Positions 17,646 through 27,447 of a stretch of DNA of 64,000 bases are shown here, piece after piece. The notes beneath the pieces are model-generated. The model made no database searches and was not told the DNA's origin. It saw nothing but the letters and a program-made list of their open reading frames with translations. The stretch lies in assembly GCA_038065455.1 (NCBI GenBank), contig JBBTQX010000002.1:6779-70778 (forward strand), given 5' to 3'. The stretch is from Patescibacteria group bacterium (GTDB lineage Bacteria; Patescibacteriota; Minisyncoccia; UBA6257; GWB1-50-10). Positions within the stretch are counted from its first letter, which is position 1; every line of letters starts with the position of its first letter. A program made the position numbers and the translations under genes.

Positions 17646-19491
17646 TGATTCGGTTATTATAGTACCACAAGAAAACGTCCCTAGCCACCGGCACGACGTT
17701 CAAACTGCCTTCCCGCGCATTTTCCACGAGTATTAAAATGGCGATTTTGGGGTCGTCATAAGGAGCGAAGCCGACGAAAAACGCGTTGGTCTTCGTGTTG
17801 TTCGAAACCTGGGCCGAGCCGGTTTTGGCGGCGACCGGAATCGGCAAGTCATGCAGAAGATAGGAAGTGCCGTAATCCCGAATCACGCCTTCGCGCATCC
17901 CCTTCCTCACTTCCGCGAGCGCCGGACCGATCTCGGCCGAAAGGTCGCGGAGAATCGCCGCCTCGTTCTTCAAAATCGTCTCGCCTTTGATATTTTTTAT
18001 TTCATTCATCACGCGCGGCTTGTTCAGCTTGCCGCCATTTGCAACTGCATTTATGTAATTCAGAAGTTCGATGGGCGTCACCGAAAAATCGCCCTGGCCA
18101 ATCGAGACGTTGAAAGTATCTCCCAAGCGCCATGGCTCGCCTTTTACTCTTTCTTTCCATGCTGGATCCGGCAAGAAACCAGCATCCTCCCCCGTTAAAT
18201 CTATATTCGTCTTTTCGTCGAGACCGAAATTATGCCACCACTTTTTCAATCTTTCTATTCCCAAGCCTTTCTGGTCTCCGAAACCGCCGCCCACGGAATA
18301 GAAATAGACATTCGAGGAACGAGCCAGAGCCGAATATAAATCCACCCAACCCTGCGGCCGCCAATCCAAAAATCGGCTCGGATGCTCCGGGTTGTAGGGA
18401 TTCGGAACATCGAGATAGCCCGGCGAATAAATTTGATGTTTCGGATCCAAGATGCCTTCCGTAAGCGCCGCGGTTCCCACCAGGGGCTTAATGGTCGAAC
18501 CGGGATTGTAAATACCGGAAATCGCCCGATTAAAGAGCGGCTGATTGGCAGAGGTAAGATACTTTCCTATTTTATTCGAATCGAACGAAGGAATATTCAC
18601 AAGAGAAAGAACTTCGCCGTTCCGCGGGTCCATCGCTATCGCAAGGCCGGTATCCCGGCCCAAATCGCGAAGCGCTTGGCTCAAGCGGTCGTAGATATAT
18701 GTCTGGAGATCCCGATCAATAAAAGATGTAAGATTGTTGCCTGGAATCGGCTCCTGAACCGTTCTTTCTTTTTCGGTTCCGCCCACTGCGTTCGTGAGCG
18801 CAACCTTCTCACCGCTCGTTCCCCGAAGATATCCGTCGTAAAAAGCCTCGAGACCATTCCGCCCGACCTGGTCGTCGATATGCAACTCCGAATCTTTCTT
18901 CATATCACTCTTGTTTGCCAAACCAGTATAGCCGACTACGTGGGAAAATTTGAAAAGCGGCGTTTGAACGCGCCGGAACGACGGGTCTATCTCCAAGCCC
19001 GGAAGATTCGCGGCGGAGAGGGATACTAATTCATCGTGATCAAGATCGGGTTTCAAAAGAAATCGGTCGGTCAAATTCCAGTCCCGTTCCTCGAGAGCTC
19101 CAAGCACCTCGTTCTCATATAAACCCAAAGTATTCAAAACATCTCCAATTGCCATTCGCCTTTCCGCAGAAGTTTTCGGAAGAGATTTCGGAACGAGATA
19201 GGCATCGAAAGCGGGCTCGTTTTCGACCATAGCCTTTCCGAAACGGTCGTAGATAATCCCCCGCGGAGCGGGCTCCGTTTTTATATCGCTCATATTCGCC
19301 GTAGCGCGCCGGGAATAGGGTTCATGATTCAAGACCGCCAAGTTCACAAATTGGGCGAAGACGGCAAGAAAAACCAGCGCGACCAAGATGATGAAATTCC
19401 TGAAAACCCGGTCCGTGAGAGGAATTTCCAAAAGGTCTTCCTCGACCGTTCGGTCGGTCAGAATGTCTTCCAGATTAAGCTCGGGATTCAT
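17638..19491 (-). CDS. mrdA: penicillin-binding protein 2 (elongasome transpeptidase)
   Basis: STIKP (SxxK), SSN, KTGSA motifs. Follows mreBCD. Confidence 0.88.
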   Translation of the reverse strand: MNPELNLEDILTDRTVEEDLLEIPLTDRVFRNFIILVALVFLAVFAQFVNLAVLNHEPYSRRATANMSDIKTEPAPRGIIYDRFGKAMVENEPAFDAYLVPKSLPKTSAERRMAIGDVLNTLGLYENEVLGALEERDWNLTDRFLLKPDLDHDELVSLSAANLPGLEIDPSFRRVQTPLFKFSHVVGYTGLANKSDMKKDSELHIDDQVGRNGLEAFYDGYLRGTSGEKVALTNAVGGTEKERTVQEPIPGNNLTSFIDRDLQTYIYDRLSQALRDLGRDTGLAIAMDPRNGEVLSLVNIPSFDSNKIGKYLTSANQPLFNRAISGIYNPGSTIKPLVGTAALTEGILDPKHQIYSPGYLDVPNPYNPEHPSRFLDWRPQGWVDLYSALARSSNVYFYSVGGGFGDQKGLGIERLKKWWHNFGLDEKTNIDLTGEDAGFLPDPAWKERVKGEPWRLGDTFNVSIGQGDFSVTPIELLNYINAVANGGKLNKPRVMNEIKNIKGETILKNEAAILRDLSAEIGPALAEVRKGMREGVIRDYGTSYLLHDLPIPVAAKTGSAQVSNNTKTNAFFVGFAPYDDPKIAILILVENAREGSLNVVPVARDVFLWYYNNRING

Positions 19492-19616
19492 CCCGTTAGA
19501 AACAGGATGCGCTTAACAAGCACATCCGTCTAGATTCAAACGACTTTATTATTGCAATGTTCCCCTGTATTGTTTCCATGATATTTCTGAATTTGCCCGT
19601 TTCTAACGGGATTCAT
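19489..19616 (-). mobile_element. family-1 element, ORF-less copy D (MITE-like derivative of the GIY-YIG element)
   Basis: Gene-strand reading: ATGAATCCCGTTAGAAAC ... TGTTTCTAACGGG-ATG(mrdA). Shares the termini and subterminal hairpin of copies A-C. Confidence 0.75.
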
Positions 19617-20097
19617 GAAGATAACCGTATTTTCCAAAAAAATTCAAACAAAGCCAAAAAATCGAACCCAAAACCAGATTATAAACGACTTCGCCAAAAA
19701 CAAAACCGCCGGCAAAAACACTGCCGGCCGTAAATTTGAGCGCTCCGTAAAATATTACTGTTCCCAAGCCGACGGCCAAAAGAAAATCTTGGAAGGACCG
19801 GCCCGTGAAGAAGTTTCGCAGGAAGAAGATTGCAAGAATTATCAAAAGGAGTATGGCCCAAGGCAACATCCAAAAATCGGACAAAATCAAAGTTACCGCA
19901 AAAGCAAAAAACAGCAGAATATATAAAAAACCCGGCTTTATCCGTTTCTTGAAATAAGGTTCGAGAAGCAAGCCAGAGAAAAATATGAGCGCCAGATTGG
20001 GATTGATTCCGCCTAAACTCAAAATTCGGGTCATTCCCAAAAAAATCAAAAGTCCCAGGAAAAGGAGTACAAAAACGAAACGGAACAAATCTCCCAT
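19603..20097 (-). CDS. mreD: rod shape-determining protein MreD-like
   Basis: 164-aa polytopic membrane protein between mreC and mrdA. The last codons and the stop lie inside element copy D. Confidence 0.6.
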   Translation of the reverse strand: MGDLFRFVFVLLFLGLLIFLGMTRILSLGGINPNLALIFFSGLLLEPYFKKRIKPGFLYILLFFAFAVTLILSDFWMLPWAILLLIILAIFFLRNFFTGRSFQDFLLAVGLGTVIFYGALKFTAGSVFAGGFVFGEVVYNLVLGSIFWLCLNFFGKYGYLHESR

Positions 20098-20102
20098 CGG
20101 CC

Positions 20103-20798
20103 TTACGGAAAATCCGTGATTACCAGGACCTTTTTGAGATTTTCGAAGCTAATGGGCGGCTCCAGCTTCACTCGCGACCAAATGCCATTCTCCCCGTCGC
20201 TTCGGCCTATGACTTTTCCGATATTCAGATTAAGGGGAGAATCTTTGGCGAGATTGAAAACCGCGTCGTTCATCTTCACGACCGCGTCTTTGGGCACCAA
20301 ATCCAGATAAGGCGCGGGGCCGCCCACGAGAAGCGCTTTTATTCTATCCGGCCCGAAAGCCGCCGCACTCCGCCAATTCGGGTCGAAAATCGTTGCCGCT
20401 TCGCTCTGGGTTTTTTTCACTTCTTTTATCCTCCCGATTAGGATTCCTTCGGCAGCCAAGACCGGCATGCCGATTTTCAAGCCGTCATCGGCGCCGGCAT
20501 TTATCACGATTGAGCCGTAATTATTGAAGGGGTAATCTGAAAAAACTCCGGCAATTTTGTAGCGGTATTCGCCGCTCAAAGGCGTTTCCTCTTTCGCGCC
20601 CGCGGAAATCTGGGCCAAAAGACCGTTCTGAATTTTCAGATTCTGCCAATTCTCATAGTTGAATTCGGGATCGGCGGCGCCAAAAACGACAACGCGGATA
20701 TTCCGGAAAAAACCGACGAGGGGCTGTCTGAAAAGAAAAATGGCTCCGACGAGCCCGGCAAAAACCATTCCCAATACCAGGATGCGGAACGACTTCAT
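20103..20798 (-). CDS. mreC: rod shape-determining protein MreC
   Basis: 231 aa. N-terminal TM plus beta-barrel domains. 4-nt overlap with mreB. Confidence 0.8.
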   Translation of the reverse strand: MKSFRILVLGMVFAGLVGAIFLFRQPLVGFFRNIRVVVFGAADPEFNYENWQNLKIQNGLLAQISAGAKEETPLSGEYRYKIAGVFSDYPFNNYGSIVINAGADDGLKIGMPVLAAEGILIGRIKEVKKTQSEAATIFDPNWRSAAAFGPDRIKALLVGGPAPYLDLVPKDAVVKMNDAVFNLAKDSPLNLNIGKVIGRSDGENGIWSRVKLEPPISFENLKKVLVITDFP

Positions 20799-21823
20799 AG
20801 ATTGATTATCTTTGAGTTCGAAAAATTATCCAAAAGATTCCGATAAGCGCCGATGTTTTCGCTCATAAGCCCCGTGCCGCGCGAAACGCAGAGAATGGGT
20901 TCGTCCGCCAGATGCACTTCGACGCCGATTTCTTTTTTTATGACTTGGTCTATGCCCCGAAGCAGGCTTCCGCCTCCGCAAAGATAAATGCCGTTCTTGA
21001 AAACGTCTCCAGTCAGTTCCGGCGGCGTCTCGTCAATCAGCTCCTTCAGCGACTCCACCATCATCTTTACCGGCTTCGCCAGCCAATAGCGCACTTGGGT
21101 GTCTTTAATAGCCGCTTCCCGTGGCAGGCCACTCGCCGCGTCCCGTCCGCGAATCATAATTTCCAAATGCTCGGTTTGGGGTATCGCCGCTCCAACCGCT
21201 ATTTTTATTTCTTCGGCCGTCGGTTCGCCGATATGTAATTTCATTTCTTCCTTCACCCCTTTCAATATTTCTTGATTCAAATAATCTCCGGCCACTTTGA
21301 GCCTGCGCGAAATAACGATGCCGTTCATCGAGATGATGGCGATGCCCGTCGTACCCGCCCCAATGTCCACGATAAGATGGGCCGTCGGTTGATTAATATC
21401 CAATTGATTCCCCAGGGCCGCGGCGACCGGCTGTTCCACCAAGTGCACCCGACTTACCCCGACTTCCTTCAAGAGGTCTTCCACCGACTTTCTTTCCACC
21501 TCCGTCAGGTTGGTCGGCACGCTTACGATGGTCTCGGTGAACCAGGACCAGGGCAATTTCTTGTTTTTCAAAATGTGCTGAATCATTTCTTTGGCCATGT
21601 CGAAATCGCCGATGACGCCGTTCACCATCGGCCGCAAAGCCGTCACGTGGGTCGGCGTACGCGAGAGCATCCGCTTGGCTTCGGTGCCCACGGCCACCAC
21701 CCGATTCGTGCGGTTGTTGAATGCCACAATCGACGGTTCGCTCAGAATTATTCCCGTGCCTTTCAAATAGACGCGGGTCGCGTCCGTTCCCAAATCTATG
21801 CCGATGATTTTTTTGAAGATCAT
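20795..21823 (-). CDS. mreB: actin-like rod shape protein MreB
   Basis: IGIDLGT, DIGAGTT motifs. 342 aa. Confidence 0.93.
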   Translation of the reverse strand: MIFKKIIGIDLGTDATRVYLKGTGIILSEPSIVAFNNRTNRVVAVGTEAKRMLSRTPTHVTALRPMVNGVIGDFDMAKEMIQHILKNKKLPWSWFTETIVSVPTNLTEVERKSVEDLLKEVGVSRVHLVEQPVAAALGNQLDINQPTAHLIVDIGAGTTGIAIISMNGIVISRRLKVAGDYLNQEILKGVKEEMKLHIGEPTAEEIKIAVGAAIPQTEHLEIMIRGRDAASGLPREAAIKDTQVRYWLAKPVKMMVESLKELIDETPPELTGDVFKNGIYLCGGGSLLRGIDQVIKKEIGVEVHLADEPILCVSRGTGLMSENIGAYRNLLDNFSNSKIINL

Positions 21824-21826
21824 AAA

Positions 21827-23080
21827 TTAGCTTTTTATTTCTCTGATAAAATCTTGAACTTTTACCAATTTTGTTTCTTTACTGTTTCTTTTCTTTACTT
21901 CAATTTTATCCTGAACCATTGTCTTCTCGCTCACGACGACTCTCCACGGCAAGCCGATAAGGTCGGCATCGAAGAATTTTTCGCCGGCCGAAAGTCCGGC
22001 CCGATCGTCGAAAAGCGGCTCTACACCCTCTTTCACGAGCTGATTATAAACTAGGGCGCCGAACTTTTGAAGCTCGGTGGTACTTTCGCCGATTTGGAGA
22101 AGATGGGCCGGAAACGGGGCGGCTTCTTCGGGCCATAATATCCCCTTTTCGTCGTGATGAACCTCGACAATCGCGCCCATCAACCTATCCACGCCGATGC
22201 CATAACAGCCCATCACGACGGGCAAAACTTCACCCTTCTTATTCTTGAAGGTCAGCCCGACGGGCTCCGAAAACTTGGTGCCCAGTTTGAAAATATTCCC
22301 CACCTCGATGCCTTTCACTTTTTCGAGCACGCCCGCTCCGCATTTTGGACAGCTTTCTTCCGCTTTCAACTCCGCGATTTCCTTGTTACGCGCGAAACCG
22401 CAAAGCCGGCAAAGCAGTATCTCATCCTCGCCCGCCTCGCTTTCCACCATGAATTCATGGGAAATATTCTTCGTAAAATCTCCGCCGGAAGCCTCCGTCA
22501 CGTATGCCTTCAATCCGAGCCGGCTGAAAACCTTCAAGTAGGCTTTTCTGGCCTCATCGTAATATTCTTCGAGCGAAGTTTCGTTCTCGTGGAAGCTATA
22601 AAGGTCTTTCATTATGAATTGCCGCCCGCGGATGAGGCCGGATTTGGCGCGAGGCTCGTCGCGGAATTTCATCTGGATTTGGTAGACGGAAAGAGGCAAA
22701 TCGGCGTAGGAACTAATGATGGGCTTCGCGAGCGGAGTCACGATTTCCTCATGCGTGGGACCGAGGCCGAATTCGTGGCCGGCGCGGTCTTTGAACTGGT
22801 ACATTACCTTGGACATTCCCTCCCACCGGCCCGTCACGTCCCACGCCGATCGCGGATGGAGCGCGGGCATCAGTATCTCGCTCGCCCCGAGCGCGTTCAT
22901 TTCTTCGCGGATGACATTCTGGATTTTTTCGATTACCCGCCAGCCGAGCGGAAGAAATGAATAGGCGCCGGCCATCAATTTTTGGACAAAATTCGCCCGA
23001 ATCAGGAATTGGGCGTTCGCGGACGTTTCATCCTTGGGAAAATCTTTTTGGGTCTTGAAAAATAGATGCGATTGTCTCAC
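21827..23080 (-). CDS. proS: prolyl-tRNA synthetase, short form without INS editing domain
   Basis: 417 aa class II core. CRLCG...CPKCG four-Cys insertion. GTG start. Confidence 0.88.
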   Translation of the reverse strand: MRQSHLFFKTQKDFPKDETSANAQFLIRANFVQKLMAGAYSFLPLGWRVIEKIQNVIREEMNALGASEILMPALHPRSAWDVTGRWEGMSKVMYQFKDRAGHEFGLGPTHEEIVTPLAKPIISSYADLPLSVYQIQMKFRDEPRAKSGLIRGRQFIMKDLYSFHENETSLEEYYDEARKAYLKVFSRLGLKAYVTEASGGDFTKNISHEFMVESEAGEDEILLCRLCGFARNKEIAELKAEESCPKCGAGVLEKVKGIEVGNIFKLGTKFSEPVGLTFKNKKGEVLPVVMGCYGIGVDRLMGAIVEVHHDEKGILWPEEAAPFPAHLLQIGESTTELQKFGALVYNQLVKEGVEPLFDDRAGLSAGEKFFDADLIGLPWRVVVSEKTMVQDKIEVKKRNSKETKLVKVQDFIREIKS

Positions 23081-23106
23081 ACAAAAATCTTACCAAGGAA
23101 AATGAA

Positions 23107-24075
23107 CTACTTCAACAGCGAGCCTTCAATGACGATTTCCAAAAGCTTCGGGAAGGAGATATTCAAAACTTTGGCGGCCTTTGGAAGCAGGCTGTTTTCG
23201 GTCATTCCCGGAATAGTATTGGTCTCGAGCATATAAAGCTTTCCTTTCGGGTCCAGGATAAAATCGCTTCGGGAAAAGCTCCGACAGCCCAATATCTTGT
23301 GGGCGAGAAGCGCCGTCCGCTTCACCATCTGCGTATGCGAATCCGGCAGATTAGCCGGTGTCATTTCCAAAGTCGCCGGATCGTATTTCGTCTTGTAATC
23401 GAAAAATTGGGCGCCGGCCGACACGATTTCGGTCGGCGGCAGGGCAAAAGCGGAACGGGGCATACCCGAATCCACGACGCCGCAAGTCAGCTCCCGGCCG
23501 GGAATGAATTCCTGAATAATGATTTCTTTGGATTCCTTGAAAGAAAGCTCCAGCGCTTGTTTCAAATCCTTCGCGTCTTTCTCGATTCTCACGCCCAGGC
23601 TAGAACCGCTCGCATTGGGCTTTATCACCCAAGGCTTTCCAAAAAGCGAAATGATTTTTTTCGCGACGCCATCCCGATCCTTGAACCATTCGTGTTTCGA
23701 TAAGTGGATGGTAGGCGGAACCGAAATTCCGGCGTCCCGGAAAAGGCGGAGCGAGAGCCATTTATTCATCCCGAGCGCGCTTGCCATCGCGTCCGAACCC
23801 GTATAGGGCATTCCCACGGAGTCCAGAATGGTCTGCACCGTGCCGTCCTCGCCGTAAGGGCCGTGCATCGCGATAAAAGCCAAATCGAAAAGCTTATTCA
23901 GTTCTTCGGGTTCCACGGGCCACTCCCCGCTCCGGCTTATCGTGAATTCTTTGGCTTCATATTTTTCCGGGTCGAGATTCAAAACAATATTCTTGCCGGT
24001 CGCGAGAGACACATCGTGTTCCGGCGAAGGCCCTCCGGTTAATACGGCAATTTTCTTTTTATTGTGTTTAGTCAT
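23107..24075 (-). CDS. ddl: D-alanine--D-alanine ligase
   Basis: 322 aa ATP-grasp protein with an N-terminal Ddl domain. Confidence 0.9.
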   Translation of the reverse strand: MTKHNKKKIAVLTGGPSPEHDVSLATGKNIVLNLDPEKYEAKEFTISRSGEWPVEPEELNKLFDLAFIAMHGPYGEDGTVQTILDSVGMPYTGSDAMASALGMNKWLSLRLFRDAGISVPPTIHLSKHEWFKDRDGVAKKIISLFGKPWVIKPNASGSSLGVRIEKDAKDLKQALELSFKESKEIIIQEFIPGRELTCGVVDSGMPRSAFALPPTEIVSAGAQFFDYKTKYDPATLEMTPANLPDSHTQMVKRTALLAHKILGCRSFSRSDFILDPKGKLYMLETNTIPGMTENSLLPKAAKVLNISFPKLLEIVIEGSLLK

Positions 24076-24085
24076 GCCAGATAAT

Positions 24086-25111
24086 TTAAAAAAACCTTAC
24101 AACATCCTTTACGGTAATAAAAACCATAAGAAGGATCAATGCCGCGAAACCGGCGCCGTTCACCCATATCTGAAACTGCTTGGAGATGGGCCGGCGGATA
24201 ATCTTCTCGATTATGAGAAAGAGGAAGCGCCCGCCGTCCAAAGCCGGAAAAGGCAGAAGATTCAAAACGGCCAGATTAACCGAGATGAGCGCCAAAAGCT
24301 GGATAAGATAAATGAAACCCAAAGAGGTGGCTTGGGCCGCGATAAAGACGATTCCCACTGGCCCCGCGACATTCTCTATGGCCCGGGGCGCGGTGAAGAG
24401 CTGACCGAAAAACATAACCAGTCCCTCAATGACCATTTTGGATGTCTCCCAAACTCCGGTAAAGCCCGAAACAAAAGCGCTTGAAATCGGCTGGGCGACA
24501 AAACCCGTCTCCGTGATATTCACGCCGAGCGGACCCTGGCCTTCCGGCGGATTCAGCCGAGGCGCGATCTCGATATTCATTTTTTTGCTTCCCCGCTCGA
24601 TTCCGAGAATAATATTGGGAGCGCCTTTTACGGCTCCGGTAAAGTCCTGAGAAGATATCGGGTCGGCGAAATTCATATCCCCCGCTTTCAAATTCGATAC
24701 GACATCGCCTGCCAAAAGCCTCGCGGCCGAGGCCGGCGAACCCGGCGCCACTTCCAATATCATCAGATGTTGCGGCGCTCCAACCGCGAAAACAACGCTC
24801 AAGAGAAGCCAGCCAAGCAGAAGATTCATAAAAATCCCCGCTAGGATTACCGGGATCTTTTTTCGGGCCGGTTCGTCATTAAAACCACCCTTCTCCGAAC
24901 CATCCTCATTTTGAAGCCGCACGAAACCGCCGAAAGGCAGGAGATTCACGCTATAATCGGTTTCCCCAAATCTTTTTTTGAACAATCTCGGCGGAAAACC
25001 GATGCCGAATTCCTCCACCTTCATTCCCAGAAGCTTCGCGGTGATGAAATGGCCGAACTCGTGGATGAGAATAAGCGCCGCCAGGCCCAATATCACGACA
25101 ACAAAGGTCAT
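24086..25111 (-). CDS. rseP: site-2 (M50) intramembrane zinc metalloprotease RseP-like
   Basis: HEFGH motif, PDZ-like middle, NLLPFPALDGG motif. Confidence 0.88.
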   Translation of the reverse strand: MTFVVVILGLAALILIHEFGHFITAKLLGMKVEEFGIGFPPRLFKKRFGETDYSVNLLPFGGFVRLQNEDGSEKGGFNDEPARKKIPVILAGIFMNLLLGWLLLSVVFAVGAPQHLMILEVAPGSPASAARLLAGDVVSNLKAGDMNFADPISSQDFTGAVKGAPNIILGIERGSKKMNIEIAPRLNPPEGQGPLGVNITETGFVAQPISSAFVSGFTGVWETSKMVIEGLVMFFGQLFTAPRAIENVAGPVGIVFIAAQATSLGFIYLIQLLALISVNLAVLNLLPFPALDGGRFLFLIIEKIIRRPISKQFQIWVNGAGFAALILLMVFITVKDVVRFF

Positions 25112-25659
25112 TCGTTTATTTCTCTGATTTTATTTTCCAGGACTTTTTCCATATTTCCGTTCAACTCGTCCACTTCCTTCTGGATTTGTTCTTTCGTTTT
25201 AAACTTCCCATCCTCATCCAATTCCTTTCCGTCAAAAGCAGTTTGAACTTTTCTGTTGGTTTCATCTCGCAAATGGCGCATTTGGATTTTATGTTCTTCC
25301 ATCACTTTCTTGATGTGCTTTACGAGTTCATCTCGCCGTTCCTGACTCAATTCAGGCAAAAATATCCGGATAATCTGGCCGTCGATATTAGCCGAGAGAT
25401 TCAAAGTGGAAAGCTCGATTGCCTTGGCGACCGAAGGCACGGCGGCCTTGTCCCAAACCTGGATGACGATTTCCCGCGGCGGCTGAACGCTGATTGTTCC
25501 CAATTGCTTTATGGACGTCATTTGGTCGTAATAATTGGTCTTCAAATCTTCGACAATCGCCGCGTTCGGCCGCGTCGTGCGGACGGCGGCTAGAGCTTTT
25601 TTCAAGCTATCCAGAATCATTTGTCCCTTCGCCTCCAATTCGTTTAAAATTATTTCCAT
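25108..25659 (-). CDS. frr: ribosome recycling factor
   Basis: 183 aa, Frr family pattern. Confidence 0.93.
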   Translation of the reverse strand: MEIILNELEAKGQMILDSLKKALAAVRTTRPNAAIVEDLKTNYYDQMTSIKQLGTISVQPPREIVIQVWDKAAVPSVAKAIELSTLNLSANIDGQIIRIFLPELSQERRDELVKHIKKVMEEHKIQMRHLRDETNRKVQTAFDGKELDEDGKFKTKEQIQKEVDELNGNMEKVLENKIREINE

Positions 25660-25660
25660 T

Positions 25661-26425
25661 TTATTTGTTTATTCTTTCTTCAATAGCCTTTTTCTGGAGA
25701 TTCATATTCAAATTATACCTTTTTACCGACATTTCTCTATCCAGAAGCCAAACCAGTATTTCCGCGTTCTTCTTCAGATTCGCCCGGCGCAATTCCAATA
25801 TCCTGTTTTCTAGTATTTTTTCGAGATTTTCTTCTTCCTTATCCGGCAAATCATCCAGAATTTCGAAAGCCAAACCCGGCCGGCCGAAAGACTGCCGGGT
25901 GATTTGTTCGGCTTTCTCTCCCCCGACTCCCCGCTCGTCTTTCAATATCCGGACGATTTCCGATTTCGGGAAGCGCGGAAAATAAATCTTAGTCAGGCGT
26001 GAAAGAAGCGGCGGCAAAAGAACATTCTCGTCGTGGGAAACGAATACAAGCAGTCCGTGGGTCGGCGGCTCTTCCACAACCTTCAAAAGCGCTCCCTGGG
26101 CCTCCGGCGTCAAATCCTCGGCATTATCTATGATCGCGAGCCGATAGTGCGATTTAAGAGGTTTCTGCCAAAGAAATCTTTTTGCCTCCAGAACCTTATC
26201 TATTCCCAAACTGTTTTTTTCCTCGTCCTTCACGACGAAGAGCGCGTCCAAAAGCGTCTCGGGCGTTATTTCGAATTTGCCCGTCTCGAGCGCATAAGCC
26301 AGAAGCTTCGCGAAAGAATATTTGCCGATTCCCCGGTCGCCGTAGAAAAGATACGGTTGGCCGAGCTTATCTTCCTTTATGAGTTTTTCGAAAGACTTTA
26401 TTTTTTCGTCGTATCCGAAAAGCAT
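25661..26425 (-). CDS. holB: DNA polymerase III delta-prime-like clamp-loader subunit
   Basis: AAA+-like N-terminus (YLFYGDRGIGK). 254 aa. Confidence 0.7.
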   Translation of the reverse strand: MLFGYDEKIKSFEKLIKEDKLGQPYLFYGDRGIGKYSFAKLLAYALETGKFEITPETLLDALFVVKDEEKNSLGIDKVLEAKRFLWQKPLKSHYRLAIIDNAEDLTPEAQGALLKVVEEPPTHGLLVFVSHDENVLLPPLLSRLTKIYFPRFPKSEIVRILKDERGVGGEKAEQITRQSFGRPGLAFEILDDLPDKEEENLEKILENRILELRRANLKKNAEILVWLLDREMSVKRYNLNMNLQKKAIEERINK

Positions 26426-26429
26426 ACGG

Positions 26430-27437
26430 TTAACGTTTATTCAAAAGAGTTCTCTTATAAACGTCCAAGTGATTCAAAATTATGGCCGTCCCCTTCGCCA
26501 CGCAAAGAATCGGGTCTTCGGCCGTGTAGGCCGACACGCCGAGCGAGCGCTTGATGAATTCTTCAAGGTCGCGTACCTGCGAACTCCCGCCCGAAAGAAT
26601 GATGCCTTTTTCCATTATATCGGCGGCGAGCTCCGGCGGCGTCACATTGAAAACAGACTGCACCGCGCCCATTATTTCCACCAAATGCGGATTGATAGCT
26701 TCGGCGATTTCGTTGGAATTGATAATGAGGTCTTTAGGCAAACCGGAGGCCAAGTCGCGCCCGCGGATTTTCATTTCTGTTTTTGTTCGATTTGGCAGCG
26801 CCGTGCCTATCGTTATTTTTATCGTCTCCGCCGTCGTTTCGCCGATCGCGAGACCATATTTTTTCTTGATGTATTCGGAGATAGATTGGTCGAAGCGATT
26901 GCCGGCGACGCGCAAACTTGCCCAAGTCACGATGCCGCCAAGGGAAATTACGGCCACCTCGGTCGTTCCTCCGCCGATATTCACCACCATATTACCTTCG
27001 GCCGAATGGATGGGAATGCCAGCACCCAAGGCCGCCAAAATCGGCTCTTTGACCAGATAAACCTCCTTCGCGCCTGATTCCTTAGCCGCGTTCATCACGG
27101 CCCGGTATTCGGTGGAGGTAATGCCGGCCGGCACCGAAATGACCACCTCCGGCCGAAAAATGTTGAAAGCGCCTATGCTTTTCGATATAAAATAGCGAAG
27201 CATCGCTTGGGTGATATAATAATCGGCGATGACGCCGTCCTTCAAAGGCTTATAGGTGACGATATTATCGGGCGTGCGCCCCACCATTTCTTTCGCCTCC
27301 GCCCCCACGGCCAAGACTCCGTTGTCGGGCTTCCGCAAAGCGACGACCGTCGGTTCGTTGATGACGATGCCCCGGTTCGGCAAAAAGACCAAAGTATTGG
27401 TCGTCCCCAAATCGATTCCTATTTTTCGGATAAACAT
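26430..27437 (-). CDS. second MreB/Mbl-family actin-like protein
   Basis: IGIDLGTTNT, NIGGGTTE motifs. 335 aa. Paralogue of 20795..21823. Confidence 0.88.
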   Translation of the reverse strand: MFIRKIGIDLGTTNTLVFLPNRGIVINEPTVVALRKPDNGVLAVGAEAKEMVGRTPDNIVTYKPLKDGVIADYYITQAMLRYFISKSIGAFNIFRPEVVISVPAGITSTEYRAVMNAAKESGAKEVYLVKEPILAALGAGIPIHSAEGNMVVNIGGGTTEVAVISLGGIVTWASLRVAGNRFDQSISEYIKKKYGLAIGETTAETIKITIGTALPNRTKTEMKIRGRDLASGLPKDLIINSNEIAEAINPHLVEIMGAVQSVFNVTPPELAADIMEKGIILSGGSSQVRDLEEFIKRSLGVSAYTAEDPILCVAKGTAIILNHLDVYKRTLLNKR

Positions 27438-27447
27438 GATTAAAAAA

